A DNA stretch of 64,000 nt, taken from Deltaproteobacteria bacterium. Lineage in GTDB: Bacteria; SZUA-79; Acidulodesulfobacterales; Acidulodesulfobacteraceae. The notes beneath the pieces were generated by a model. It did no database searches. It was given only the letters and a program-made list of their open reading frames with translations, and had not been told where the DNA came from. Shown here piece by piece: positions 29,000 through 38,361 of the stretch; position 1 is the stretch's first letter, and each line of letters begins with the position of its first letter. A program made the position numbers and the translations under genes. Location of the stretch: contig JAMDCP010000011.1 in assembly GCA_023489335.1 (NCBI GenBank), positions 135,057 through 199,056 on the forward strand. The letters are read 5' to 3'.

Positions 29000-29354
29000 T
29001 TATAGCCTCCATGGCTTGCTTTTCCAAAAAATAATCCTCGGGTTTTCCCGTTGAAAACCCGTCGGGATATCTTGAAGGTATATAGAACATATCCAATATT
29101 TTAGCGCTGTTTTTAATATTTAAAGGAAAATCTATTTCTAAACCCGTTGATTTATCGGAGAGTATATTTATCATCTCTGTAAGTGAATGTCCCCAGAGGT
29201 TTATGCCGTTTTTAAGCCCAAGCGATTTAATAGTTTTTTCGGCCGCCTGCTGAGAAGTAAAGCAACACCACTCAAAGTATTGATGGTCGTAATCAAGCTT
29301 TGCTTTTTGAAAGTCTCTTTTGCCCTGATTATACCAATCTTTCCATCTGTTCAT
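28947..29354 (-). CDS. HEPN domain protein (toxin-like partner of MNT)
   Basis: The N-terminal half matches HEPN (GKRDFQKAKLD...FTSQQAAEKTIKSL...GHSL). It lies directly upstream of and overlaps the MNT gene. Confidence 0.65.
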   Translation of the reverse strand: MNRWKDWYNQGKRDFQKAKLDYDHQYFEWCCFTSQQAAEKTIKSLGLKNGINLWGHSLTEMINILSDKSTGLEIDFPLNIKNSAKILDMFYIPSRYPDGFSTGKPEDYFLEKQAMEAINAADDIIKFCESILFQS

Positions 29355-29640
29355 AAGGCGCCTATCGGGTATATATAATGTACAATATAAACGAATTTAA
29401 GATAAAGACTCCGTCGCCATGTTTGCATATATTTTATATTTTACCATAATAAAATAGGTTTATAAATCTAAATAATAAAATATTTTTATTCAAAAATTTT
29501 ATTTAAGTTATCTTGATTTATATTTTAAGCCAAGCCATTCAGGCTGATATTTTTATCGACAAATTAATCCATGATTTATATAAAAATCAAATAATATTAT
29601 GCCGATGGGGAGGGCGGGTAAAGCCTGCCCGCCTCCGCTT

Positions 29641-29746
29641 TTTCACAATTATTACAAAAATTTAATAATTCGTAATAAATTGTAACCAAATTATCACAAA
29701 ACTTTAACCGGATTGTCATAATTGTGTAACATTCATTTGCTAAAAT
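29641..29746 (+). promoter_or_regulatory. Nine phased T(G/T)T(A/C)AYA repeats ending 14 nt before an extended -10 TGcTAAAAT
   Basis: Core T at 29643, 29653, 29663, 29673, 29683, 29694, 29705, 29716 and 29727. The -10 hexamer is at 29741-29746. Confidence 0.7.
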
Positions 29747-29755
29747 ATAAAAATA

Positions 29756-29860
29756 TTTGCGGGCGGACATCCCCCTTTAACCTCCCCACCCGCAAATAAA
29801 CGGCGTGAATAAATTATACATTAGTTATTATATAAAAAGATAAATTCGCGGGTGGGGAGG
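29756..29860 (+). promoter_or_regulatory. Structured 5' leader with mutually exclusive GC-rich pairings
   Basis: Segment B, CCTCCCCACCCGCAAA (29781-29796), can pair with segment A, TTTGCGGGCGG (29756-29766; 10 of 11 bp), or perfectly with segment C, GCGGGTGGGGAGG (29848-29860; 13 bp). Confidence 0.45.
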
Positions 29861-29929
29861 AAATGAAACTGTCTATTATTTTTAAAGAAAATCGTTATTA
29901 AAAAAAACCAAAACCTTACAGGAGGATTC

Positions 29930-32386
29930 GTGAAAAAACGAGTATTTTACTTTTTTGCTGTCATATCCATTTTTATCCAGCTTATTTTACACCTTTTTGT
30001 CTTACATTCCGCATTTGCCCAGGCGGCGGAAAAAAGCGTCTCAAAAAAACCAATATATCTTGGCGAAATTCAATCTTCTTACTTAAAAAAAATTCTTACC
30101 GAAGAAGAAAAAGAATTAAAAAAGACGGATTTAAAATTCACCAAAGAGGAAATTTTTAAATCGACCCAAAGCAAATTAATTGTGAACAAAGACGAGCTTA
30201 GGGCAACGTCGCCCGTCGGCGGCGCAACGCAAGCCTTATCTGTAATACCTGGGGTTAGAAGCGAAACATACGGTCCGACAGGGGCAAGCAGAGGAAGTTT
30301 TAGTATCAACGGAATACAGCAGGGGTGGGGAGGTTTGATTGGAGAAACCGATGACGGAAGCATTGCCGTTACATTTGACGGCGTTCCGATGGGTAATCCA
30401 GGTTCAGGTTTATGGTCAACCGCTTTAATGCCGGAGATGTCGTTGATTTCAGGAATTAATGTTATTTATGGGCCAGGGAATCCTGTAAGCAGGTGGTATA
30501 ACGCCCTTGGCGGAACATTGGGTTTTATTCCGTTGCAGCCTTCCATTAAGCCAGGAGGCTCTTTAAGCCTTACTTACGGCAGTTTTAATACCAAAAATAT
30601 TAATTTTAATATAAAAACAGGCATGATTGACGGTTATTCCGCCGTTATTGCCGGAGGTATTACAAGTTCAAACAGTTATAGAACAGGTTTCGGGTTTTAT
30701 AACCCGGCTACCGACTATGCGTATTACGGGAAAATAGTTAAAGTATTTTCCAACGGAAACATTGGATTAGGCGCATATATTGCACATTCACAGGGTTATA
30801 GGCCGACCTTTATACCGACAAGCCCGATATATCCCGGCAACGGAAGTCCTGGAGTAACGGTTAACGGTTACTACCCAAACGGAAACAGCGTACCGGGTCC
30901 ATATTTTTCACAGCAAACGACAGGTTATTACAGCTCATTAGCCTTTGATATATGGAATAAGCTTGCCAGAAACCACATGTATTTAATCTATTCTCCGCTT
31001 AATCTTAAAGTTTCTAAATCCGTTTCGTTTCATAATTTGGTATGGTATAGAGAGGGCGAAAGGCTCCATTATCATCAAAATGATTTTTCGCAAGGCGCCG
31101 GAAATTTATACGAATATAATAACCCTGAAGACGAAGTTTACGGGGATAAGACATATTTTAATATAAACGATCCTCATAACTTGATTAAATTCGGCGGCTG
31201 GTTTCTAAAAAGCCATTATATATCGAGAAACGCGTTTTATAATCCTTTTGGGACATATTGTACTGCCCAGCCGAGCGGCATAAGCGAAGTCACGACTATC
31301 GCAAATCCTTGCGCCTACAGGTATAGCGACTTTTATCAAACCTTTGGGTCCGCATTTATCCAGGATACGCTCCATTTTTTTAAAAAATTAAGGATAACCC
31401 CCGGTTTGAACTTCGTTACCTTTAAGACGAACTTCTATAATAATGCTTCGCAGTATTATCCCGATGCGGTTTTATTAAATCCGGCAGGTAATGACGATAC
31501 TATTCCCGGCCATTCCGCAACACAGGCGCCAAACGCTTCTACATATTTTGAAAAATTAGAGCCTTCATTGGGCGTGAATTACAAATTGACCAAAAATGTT
31601 GCCGTTTACGGAAACTATTCCGATGCTTATCAAAATCCACATTTGGGCGGAGGCGGAGGCCCGTTTCAACAGATAGGCGCTAATGCCTTAGAACCCGAAA
31701 AAAATGAATATTACACGGCAGGCTTCAAGGTTTTGGTTCATCATGATAATTTATTAAATAATTTTGTTCTAAATGTTAATTATTATCATGAGCATTTCTC
31801 GAATATGCTGCTGTCTTATACTTTAGCCGACGGAACTTCGATTTACGCCTCGGGCAGTTCTAACTATGACGGCGTGAATCTGACGGCATCCGACAACCCC
31901 ATAGGTAATCTCCACCTTTTTACAAACATAAGCTATGAAAAGGCAGTGTATTCGACTTATCTTACAGGCGGAGTTAATTATAACGGCGATAATGTTCCAT
32001 ATGTGCCGGAAGAGACATTTAATTTAGGCGCTTATTATAAGCTTTTAATCGGCCATATCGCCTATTCTCCTAAGATATGGGATATCTACACAGGCAAACA
32101 GTATATCATGGACGATGTTACGGGGGCGCCGTCAGGCCAAACAATTCCAAGTTTTAATGTTTTAAATGCTTCAGTGAGCGCTAAAATCCCGTTTGGCGGC
32201 AGGCATGCCGGCTTACCGAAAGCGGCGATTATTAAACTCACGGTTTTAAACCTGTTAAACCATAAGTATAACGAATATGAGTATATCACCGCAGGCGGAT
32301 ATTTTGGAGGGAATAGCGCAGGGTCGGTTTTAGCATACCCGGGAATGCCGATAGCGGCTTATTTAACGATGACATTAAAGTTTTAA
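29930..32386 (+). CDS. TonB-dependent outer-membrane receptor (divergent from the other two)
   Basis: GTG start after GGAGG. Signal peptide, plug domain, barrel, terminal ...TLKF. Confidence 0.85.
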   Translation: MKKRVFYFFAVISIFIQLILHLFVLHSAFAQAAEKSVSKKPIYLGEIQSSYLKKILTEEEKELKKTDLKFTKEEIFKSTQSKLIVNKDELRATSPVGGATQALSVIPGVRSETYGPTGASRGSFSINGIQQGWGGLIGETDDGSIAVTFDGVPMGNPGSGLWSTALMPEMSLISGINVIYGPGNPVSRWYNALGGTLGFIPLQPSIKPGGSLSLTYGSFNTKNINFNIKTGMIDGYSAVIAGGITSSNSYRTGFGFYNPATDYAYYGKIVKVFSNGNIGLGAYIAHSQGYRPTFIPTSPIYPGNGSPGVTVNGYYPNGNSVPGPYFSQQTTGYYSSLAFDIWNKLARNHMYLIYSPLNLKVSKSVSFHNLVWYREGERLHYHQNDFSQGAGNLYEYNNPEDEVYGDKTYFNINDPHNLIKFGGWFLKSHYISRNAFYNPFGTYCTAQPSGISEVTTIANPCAYRYSDFYQTFGSAFIQDTLHFFKKLRITPGLNFVTFKTNFYNNASQYYPDAVLLNPAGNDDTIPGHSATQAPNASTYFEKLEPSLGVNYKLTKNVAVYGNYSDAYQNPHLGGGGGPFQQIGANALEPEKNEYYTAGFKVLVHHDNLLNNFVLNVNYYHEHFSNMLLSYTLADGTSIYASGSSNYDGVNLTASDNPIGNLHLFTNISYEKAVYSTYLTGGVNYNGDNVPYVPEETFNLGAYYKLLIGHIAYSPKIWDIYTGKQYIMDDVTGAPSGQTIPSFNVLNASVSAKIPFGGRHAGLPKAAIIKLTVLNLLNHKYNEYEYITAGGYFGGNSAGSVLAYPGMPIAAYLTMTLKF

Positions 32387-32392
32387 TTTTTC

Positions 32393-32425
32393 CGCCCTCC
32401 AAGTCCCTTTTGGATTTGGAGGGCG
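32393..32425 (+). terminator. Hairpin after the receptor gene
   Basis: cgccctccaa pairs with ttggagggcg (10-bp stem). Confidence 0.5.
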
Positions 32426-32444
32426 ATGTATAAGTTTTGTTAAA

Positions 32445-32532
32445 CTGTAACAAAATTGTAATAAAACCGTAATAAAATTTAACGAAGATGTAACTAAAAT
32501 GTAATAATTCTGTAACATTCATTTGTTAATAT
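32445..32532 (+). promoter_or_regulatory. Seven phased TGTAAYA-type repeats ending 14 nt before an extended -10 TGtTAATAT
   Basis: Core T at 32448, 32459, 32470, 32480, 32491, 32502 and 32513. The -10 hexamer is at 32527-32532. Confidence 0.7.
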
Positions 32533-32772
32533 ATATAATCAACGACGAGTAAAAATCCGGTTCGATTCCAAGTTTTTATTTTTAATCCTTTTTAAGTCTT
32601 AATTTAACCATTAATAACCTTAATTTAGATTATTCAACCACGGAACTTTATTATTTTAAGATAAGTTTATAAAAATGCAAATTCGGCTATCATTATCATT
32701 TTTTTATTAATACTAAAGAATAGTTAGTATCACATCTTAAAATAATAACAATAACAAAAAAGGAGAAGAGAA

Positions 32773-35226
32773 ATGAAATTGAAAGTTTCCGATGGTAAGT
32801 TAAGAAAGATTAGATTGGGGATTCAGTTAGACAGAGAACAATTGAAGCTGTTCCTGTTTATTGTCATTTCGGTATTTGCCGTATTTTATGCCCCGTCTAA
32901 GGCAAATGCCAAAGTAATTGTATTAAAAGCCGAGAAAAAGGCTAAGAAAGTGAAAAGAACCCCTTTTACAGTGTCAAAAATCAAAAAGAGGGCTATCGAT
33001 GCGACAAAATCGCCTATGAACTCTATCGAGACCATATTAAATCAAGCGCCTTCCATACACGCAAGCACCAGCGGACCTAATAATATTCGCGCGCGTGTGG
33101 AGTTAAGGGGCTTTGGCACCGGCGAAGTTGCCCAAACCTTTGACGGCGTTCCTATTAATAATATGTTTGACGGAGATTCAAGCAATTATATGGATGTCAG
33201 GAATAATGTTCCGTTTACGCTCGGCGATATTTCCGGGGTTGGGATTTATTACGGCGTAAATAATCCAAGCGTAGATTCCTTCGATTCCCTCGGCGGCACG
33301 ATAAATTACGAACCTTTAATGCCAACCGGCAAATTTAGCGCCAATATATTCGGCGGATACGGGTCTTTTGCCACAAGGACTTATGGAGTAGGTATTAATA
33401 CAGGAAAGCTCTGGGAAGGAATCAGGATGTATTTGAAGGTGTCAAGAGACGATGCAAACAACTGGTATAACGGTTCGGCTTACCCCAACAGGCTCCACTC
33501 ATATTATATGTCCCTTATTAAGCCTTATAATGAAAACAGATCGCATATTTCATTCATTTTTATGAGGAATGACGATTATGCAAACGACCCCCACCTTGTT
33601 CCGGTACCGCTGCTTGACCAGTTTGGCTATAGCTGGGGATGGCCGACATCTGTTGAAAATGCGCAGGCTTATAACCAGGAGTATTACGCCATACTTGGCT
33701 GGAAGGCCTATATAAACAGGGATCTCAACTTCGATAATAAGAGTTTTTACTTTAATGAAAATATGGCAAAAAATCTTTATATAAACCCCGCATGTCATAC
33801 AAGCGCCGCAAGCGCAGGAATCAGCACGGCATCATGCGACATACCTTCAAGCATATACATTAACGGCGTGCAGCCTTATGCTTTAGGTTTCGGCAGCGGA
33901 AACTGGTCGTTAACGCCTGTTCCTACCGCTACTTACAATCCGGACCCGCAGTTTCTCGACGGTCAAAACAGCGCTACGGCTATTGCAAACGGATTTACAC
34001 CCGGGTTTGCCTACGGAACCGACAATCATTATAAAGCCGTCGATGTAACACAGTTTGGCGATATTCCAGCTGTTACTATAAGGGTTCCGAGGAACACGCT
34101 TACGGTCGGTGGGCAATTCCTTTTCGGAACATATCATAAATTAGAATCGTATTATGGAGAAGCCTATGGACCGGCTGCACCTTTTTATAATATTGCAAAT
34201 AATCAACATGGCACGGAGAATATGGATTCGGTCTATGCTCAGGACAAATTAGATATTATCCCGGATAAATTATTTCTTGAGCCAGGCCTTAAATATCAGG
34301 TAGTGGACATGACCGTTGCGGCAAACGAAACATGGCCGAGCATTAATCCATACGGCGGAACTGTATCGGATACATTTACCGAAATAGAACCTACAATAGG
34401 TTTAAGTTATAATCTTCTTCCAAACTGGAATTTTTACGCAACTTACGGAAGAACGATGAAGGCTCCGAATTATACTGCTTATGAATCCGTGCTTACTTCT
34501 TATAACGGAACTAACTTTACTACATCGTTAAGCGGAGTAAAGCCGGAATATGTGACGGATTACGAGCTTGGAACAAGGTACAAATTAGACAATCTTGAAC
34601 TTTCGGCAAATGTATATAAAGAAGACTTTTCCAATACATTTGGCACATATTTAAACACCACAACGGAAATTACCTACGAGACAAACGGCGGCAGGTCCCA
34701 ATATGAGGGTTTACAGCTTGAAGGGCAATATGATTTCAATCGTCATCTGAATGTTTTTGCAAACTATTCGTTAAATACAGGGAAATTTATTTCTAACTAT
34801 TCAGGCCCGGCAGGAAATGTTATATCGGGCGAGAATGTTCCGTTTATACCAAGGCATCTTGCCAATATCGGATTGGATGAAAACTATTTCAATATAGATG
34901 CAAGGTTGTGGGGAACATACACAGGCGAGCAGTTTGTGGAAGATATTAACGGAAATCCTACAAGCGCGTTCCACCTCGGCGGTTACTGGTTGTTTAATTT
35001 AAATTTAAGCCGTTATTTTAACTTTAAGAGAATAGGCATCCTCAAAGAGGCAGACCTTAAAGGTATGAAGCTTAGCCTATCCATCGACAATATTTTAGAC
35101 AGAAAGTACCTTACAGGCGCAATTCCGGGATTTGTCGCCACATATCCGAATTCAAACGCAATTTATGCGGAATACTTGCCGGGTATGCCAAGGTTTGTTT
35201 TTCTTACCTCGTCATTTAAATTTTAG
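32773..35226 (+). CDS. TonB-dependent outer-membrane receptor (paralog of 21215-23626)
   Basis: RBS AAGGAGAAG. Shares long blocks with the 21215 gene (FDG(I/V)P(L/I)N..FDG...VRNNVPFTLGD...GMPRFVF...KF). Confidence 0.85.
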   Translation: MKLKVSDGKLRKIRLGIQLDREQLKLFLFIVISVFAVFYAPSKANAKVIVLKAEKKAKKVKRTPFTVSKIKKRAIDATKSPMNSIETILNQAPSIHASTSGPNNIRARVELRGFGTGEVAQTFDGVPINNMFDGDSSNYMDVRNNVPFTLGDISGVGIYYGVNNPSVDSFDSLGGTINYEPLMPTGKFSANIFGGYGSFATRTYGVGINTGKLWEGIRMYLKVSRDDANNWYNGSAYPNRLHSYYMSLIKPYNENRSHISFIFMRNDDYANDPHLVPVPLLDQFGYSWGWPTSVENAQAYNQEYYAILGWKAYINRDLNFDNKSFYFNENMAKNLYINPACHTSAASAGISTASCDIPSSIYINGVQPYALGFGSGNWSLTPVPTATYNPDPQFLDGQNSATAIANGFTPGFAYGTDNHYKAVDVTQFGDIPAVTIRVPRNTLTVGGQFLFGTYHKLESYYGEAYGPAAPFYNIANNQHGTENMDSVYAQDKLDIIPDKLFLEPGLKYQVVDMTVAANETWPSINPYGGTVSDTFTEIEPTIGLSYNLLPNWNFYATYGRTMKAPNYTAYESVLTSYNGTNFTTSLSGVKPEYVTDYELGTRYKLDNLELSANVYKEDFSNTFGTYLNTTTEITYETNGGRSQYEGLQLEGQYDFNRHLNVFANYSLNTGKFISNYSGPAGNVISGENVPFIPRHLANIGLDENYFNIDARLWGTYTGEQFVEDINGNPTSAFHLGGYWLFNLNLSRYFNFKRIGILKEADLKGMKLSLSIDNILDRKYLTGAIPGFVATYPNSNAIYAEYLPGMPRFVFLTSSFKF

Positions 35227-35290
35227 CCTTCAGGATCTAAGTTAATTTAGGTTATTCGATGCTTAGCTGGTTTAACAGGTTAATTTTTAT

Positions 35291-35338
35291 CCGCAAAAGC
35301 CATATTTGCATGTTTAATGGCTTTTGCGGAAATTTTTA
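35291..35338 (+). terminator. Rho-independent terminator
   Basis: ccgcaaaagccat pairs with atggcttttgcgg (13-bp stem), followed by aaattttt. Confidence 0.6.
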
Positions 35339-35368
35339 CATCGGACGGGCTGCTACGGCGCCCGCCTA

Positions 35369-35431
35369 TTTAAAATTGTAACTAAAACTTAACATAACTG
35401 TAATATTTTTGTAATATTCATTTGATACAAT
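35369..35431 (+). promoter_or_regulatory. Four or five phased TGTAAYA-type repeats ending 14 nt before an extended -10 TGaTACAAT
   Basis: Core T at 35379, 35390, 35401 and 35412, with an off-phase unit at 35371. The -10 hexamer is at 35426-35431. Confidence 0.65.
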
Positions 35432-35483
35432 AAATTAAAGTAAATTAAATTCAAACTGTAAATAATCGTATTTTAAAAAATTT

Positions 35484-36209
35484 ATGGAAAATATTATAAA
35501 AGAATTTCCCAATAAAAATGCAAGATTAAAATATTCGTTTATAATAGCCTTAATACTGGAAATAATGTTTTTGCTCCTTTTTGCCGAAATTTCCATTATC
35601 GCCGGGCATTTTATAAAGCCTGCAAAAAAGGTAAAGCCGTTACTCATATCCGTCGTCAGTCTTCCGCATAAAAAGAAAGTCCTGGTTCCGCCTAAAAAAA
35701 GGGTGGTTCCCGTCAAAAAGATAAAAAAAGTAGTATATAAGAAACCTATAATAAAAAAAGTTATTAAGAAAGTTTTGGTTAAAAAATCCATAAAACCTGC
35801 GCCTTTTAAAGTTCGCCATGTTTCCATTCCCATGCCTGCGCCGGCAGTGCCTGTTGTCCCGGTTGTTCAACATGCGGTTGCCTATCACCACGCGCACAAA
35901 AAAATACCCGCAAGCATATTGGATAAGTACTTCGGCGAGATAAAAGCAAAGGTCGTAAGGAATTTGGTTTATCCGTATTATGCAAGAAAAGAAGGGATGG
36001 AAGGATATGTAAATGTATTGTTTAAGATTTTAAGAAATGGAGACTTGGTATTCGAAAAGATTGAAAAAGGATCTCGATACGGGACTCTAAACGCCTCCGC
36101 CATTAAAACCATAAAGATATCTGCGCCGTTTATGCCGTTTCCGAAGGGCATATCAAGAAATTCGTTAACTTTTCTAATAAAAATACATTTTAAATTAAAA
36201 CGAAGATAA
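35484..36209 (+). CDS. tonB: TonB energy transducer
   Basis: N-terminal TM segment, Lys/Pro/Val-rich spacer, and C-terminal TonB domain (YPYYARKEGMEGYVNVLFKILRNGDL). Confidence 0.75.
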   Translation: MENIIKEFPNKNARLKYSFIIALILEIMFLLLFAEISIIAGHFIKPAKKVKPLLISVVSLPHKKKVLVPPKKRVVPVKKIKKVVYKKPIIKKVIKKVLVKKSIKPAPFKVRHVSIPMPAPAVPVVPVVQHAVAYHHAHKKIPASILDKYFGEIKAKVVRNLVYPYYARKEGMEGYVNVLFKILRNGDLVFEKIEKGSRYGTLNASAIKTIKISAPFMPFPKGISRNSLTFLIKIHFKLKRR

Positions 36210-36288
36210 AACAAGATTAAATTGTTAAATTGTTTAAAAGGTGAATGGATAATTTATATCAATGAAACCTTAAAAGGAGGATATAACA

Positions 36289-36966
36289 ATGGGTATATTG
36301 CACAGTTTAGGAGTATTATTTGACGGCGGTCCGCTTATGTATGTTATGCTTGCATTGCTTCTTGTCGCCATTACCGTTATTGTCGAAAGATTTTATTTTT
36401 TGCATAGCGTTATTAAAACAGGTTCGTCTTTTACCGAAGAGATTAAAAGTATTTTAAAAAGCGATAACGGACTTAAAAAGGCAAAAGAATATTGCAACGA
36501 ACATCCGGGAATATATTCTTCGCTCCTTTTAGTCGATTTTAACAATCTATGTTTAACTAAAGAAGAAAGGGATGAGGTCTTGACTGAAGAGGCCATGAAA
36601 CATACAAGAGAGATGGAAAGGTATATGTGGGTTTTAGATACATTAATCACAATGGCCCCCCTCTTAGGGCTTCTTGGAACGATAATCGGGATTATGGTTT
36701 CGTTTAATGTGATAAGCAAAACAGGGGTATCGCATCCGACGGCCATTACCGGCGGGGTTGCTTTAGCCCTTTTAAATACGGCGGCAGGCCTTATTATTGC
36801 GATACTCTGTTTAGGATTTTTTAATTACTTTCAAAATAAAATTATTTCGATTAAAAAGCAAATGGAATTTGTGGTATTGCAATTTGAAAATTTTATCAAA
36901 AGAAATGAATTGAAAGACAACAATAGTTTTAGCTCAAACGAAAAAAAGAAGGTGCAATTAGTTTAA
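36289..36966 (+). CDS. exbB: MotA/TolQ/ExbB proton channel protein
   Basis: Three TM segments with the conserved ...LDTLITMAPLLGLLGTIIGI... region. Sits between tonB and exbD. Confidence 0.8.
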   Translation: MGILHSLGVLFDGGPLMYVMLALLLVAITVIVERFYFLHSVIKTGSSFTEEIKSILKSDNGLKKAKEYCNEHPGIYSSLLLVDFNNLCLTKEERDEVLTEEAMKHTREMERYMWVLDTLITMAPLLGLLGTIIGIMVSFNVISKTGVSHPTAITGGVALALLNTAAGLIIAILCLGFFNYFQNKIISIKKQMEFVVLQFENFIKRNELKDNNSFSSNEKKKVQLV

Positions 36967-36993
36967 AAAAAAGGAGGGGGGACCCGATAAAAT

Positions 36994-37398
36994 ATGAAAC
37001 TTTTTAAAGAACAGGAAACCAAAAGAGCAAGAATTGAATTAATACCTATGATTGATACGATGTTTTTTCTTCTTGTATTTTTTATATTCGTAACTCTTTC
37101 GATGGTTCATCAAAAGGGGTTAAATGTTAAACTTCCGAAGTCGTCCCAAGGTTCTGCCGTAAAAATGCATAATTTTGTGGTTACGCTTAAGAAAGACGGA
37201 ACGGTTTTTCTTAACAAGGAAAAGACGACGATTCAAAATCTTCCTGCATTATTAAAGCAAAGGGTTACAAATAAAAAGGATCTCATTATTATTAACGGCG
37301 ATAAAAGAATTTATTTAAAAAGGGTCGTTAAAACAATAGATATTATAAAAAGGGACGGATTTTTAAGGGTTTCTATCGCCGTAAACCCTGTAAAGTAA
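36994..37398 (+). CDS. exbD: ExbD/TolR biopolymer transport protein
   Basis: Pattern ELIPMIDTMFFLLVFF plus a periplasmic domain; 134 aa. Confidence 0.8.
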   Translation: MKLFKEQETKRARIELIPMIDTMFFLLVFFIFVTLSMVHQKGLNVKLPKSSQGSAVKMHNFVVTLKKDGTVFLNKEKTTIQNLPALLKQRVTNKKDLIIINGDKRIYLKRVVKTIDIIKRDGFLRVSIAVNPVK

Positions 37399-37548
37399 TA
37401 TTTAACGCTTTACTCCCCGGAAATTAAAAATGTGATAAAAATCACATAAATTTTTATTAAATTATAATAGAATCGCTTCACTTGTTGTTTATCGAACCCA
37501 ATTCACAATTCGTTTATTCTTAATTATTTAGACTTATTATTTAAACTT

Positions 37549-38169
37549 ATGTCCGAAATAAAAGACAAAAACTGCGTGGAGATTTCCGATGACGACATTA
37601 TAGAGGCGTTTAAAGATATTAAAATCTATATAGATATTACACCCGAAGACTTCAAGGAGATTTACCGCCATGCCTTAAACCATGCTGTGGAGAGGCTTAA
37701 TAACGCCGCTATCGGGGATGTCATGACTAAAGATGTTATCGCGGTGTTGGAAGATGCGGATATTCGTTCGGCTACCGATTTTTTGACGGAAAGAAAGCTA
37801 TCGGGAGCCCCTGTTATCGATGCCAATAATATTGTTAAGGGTTTTGTGTCCGATGCGGACATTCTGACAACGGCAGGTATGGCAAAAGACCATACTTTCA
37901 GGGATATAATCAGGCATCTTACCGGCGAACCGATTCCGCGCCATCTTAAAATGAATGGCGCAAAAACAATTAAGGACATCATGACTTCACCCGCCATTGC
38001 GGCAACCCCCGAAATGGACGTAAAAAAAGCTGCGGAGATTCTCATGAAAAAGGGAATAAAAAAAATGCCGGTGGTGGATAAGGAAGGCAGGCTCGTTGGG
38101 ATTGTGTCTGTAAGCGATATAATCAAAAACATGGGAAAACGCGGGAAAACATGGGAATTAAATGCCTGA
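37549..38169 (+). CDS. CBS domain pair protein
   Basis: Two CBS motifs (VMTKDVIAV...GAPVID; IMTSPAIAA...KMPVVDKEGRLVGIVSVSDI). Confidence 0.7.
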   Translation: MSEIKDKNCVEISDDDIIEAFKDIKIYIDITPEDFKEIYRHALNHAVERLNNAAIGDVMTKDVIAVLEDADIRSATDFLTERKLSGAPVIDANNIVKGFVSDADILTTAGMAKDHTFRDIIRHLTGEPIPRHLKMNGAKTIKDIMTSPAIAATPEMDVKKAAEILMKKGIKKMPVVDKEGRLVGIVSVSDIIKNMGKRGKTWELNA

Positions 38170-38361
38170 TTGTTTAATCTGAGCGTAAAATAAAAAATAT
38201 AAGAAACGGAAAATAGCCGAAGATAAAGGAATATCTTGAGAAAATGTCGGGCGGTAGGCCAAGTCCGGTTGCGGTAAATTATACCGGAATCTTCTGGTCA
38301 CGGCGCTTCCGGCTTCCGGTGAACAACCTTTCCGCAAACAGAAAATATCCGGAATACCGTT

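Noticed and set aside
18758-35431. Fur boxes as the explanation for the repeats upstream of the TonB-dependent receptors and tonB
   Set aside because: Fur sites are 19-bp palindromes or hexamer arrays of GATAAT type. The observed units are same-orientation TGTAAYA repeats with strict 10-11 bp phasing, and they also precede a phosphoesterase gene. Iron control is not excluded experimentally.
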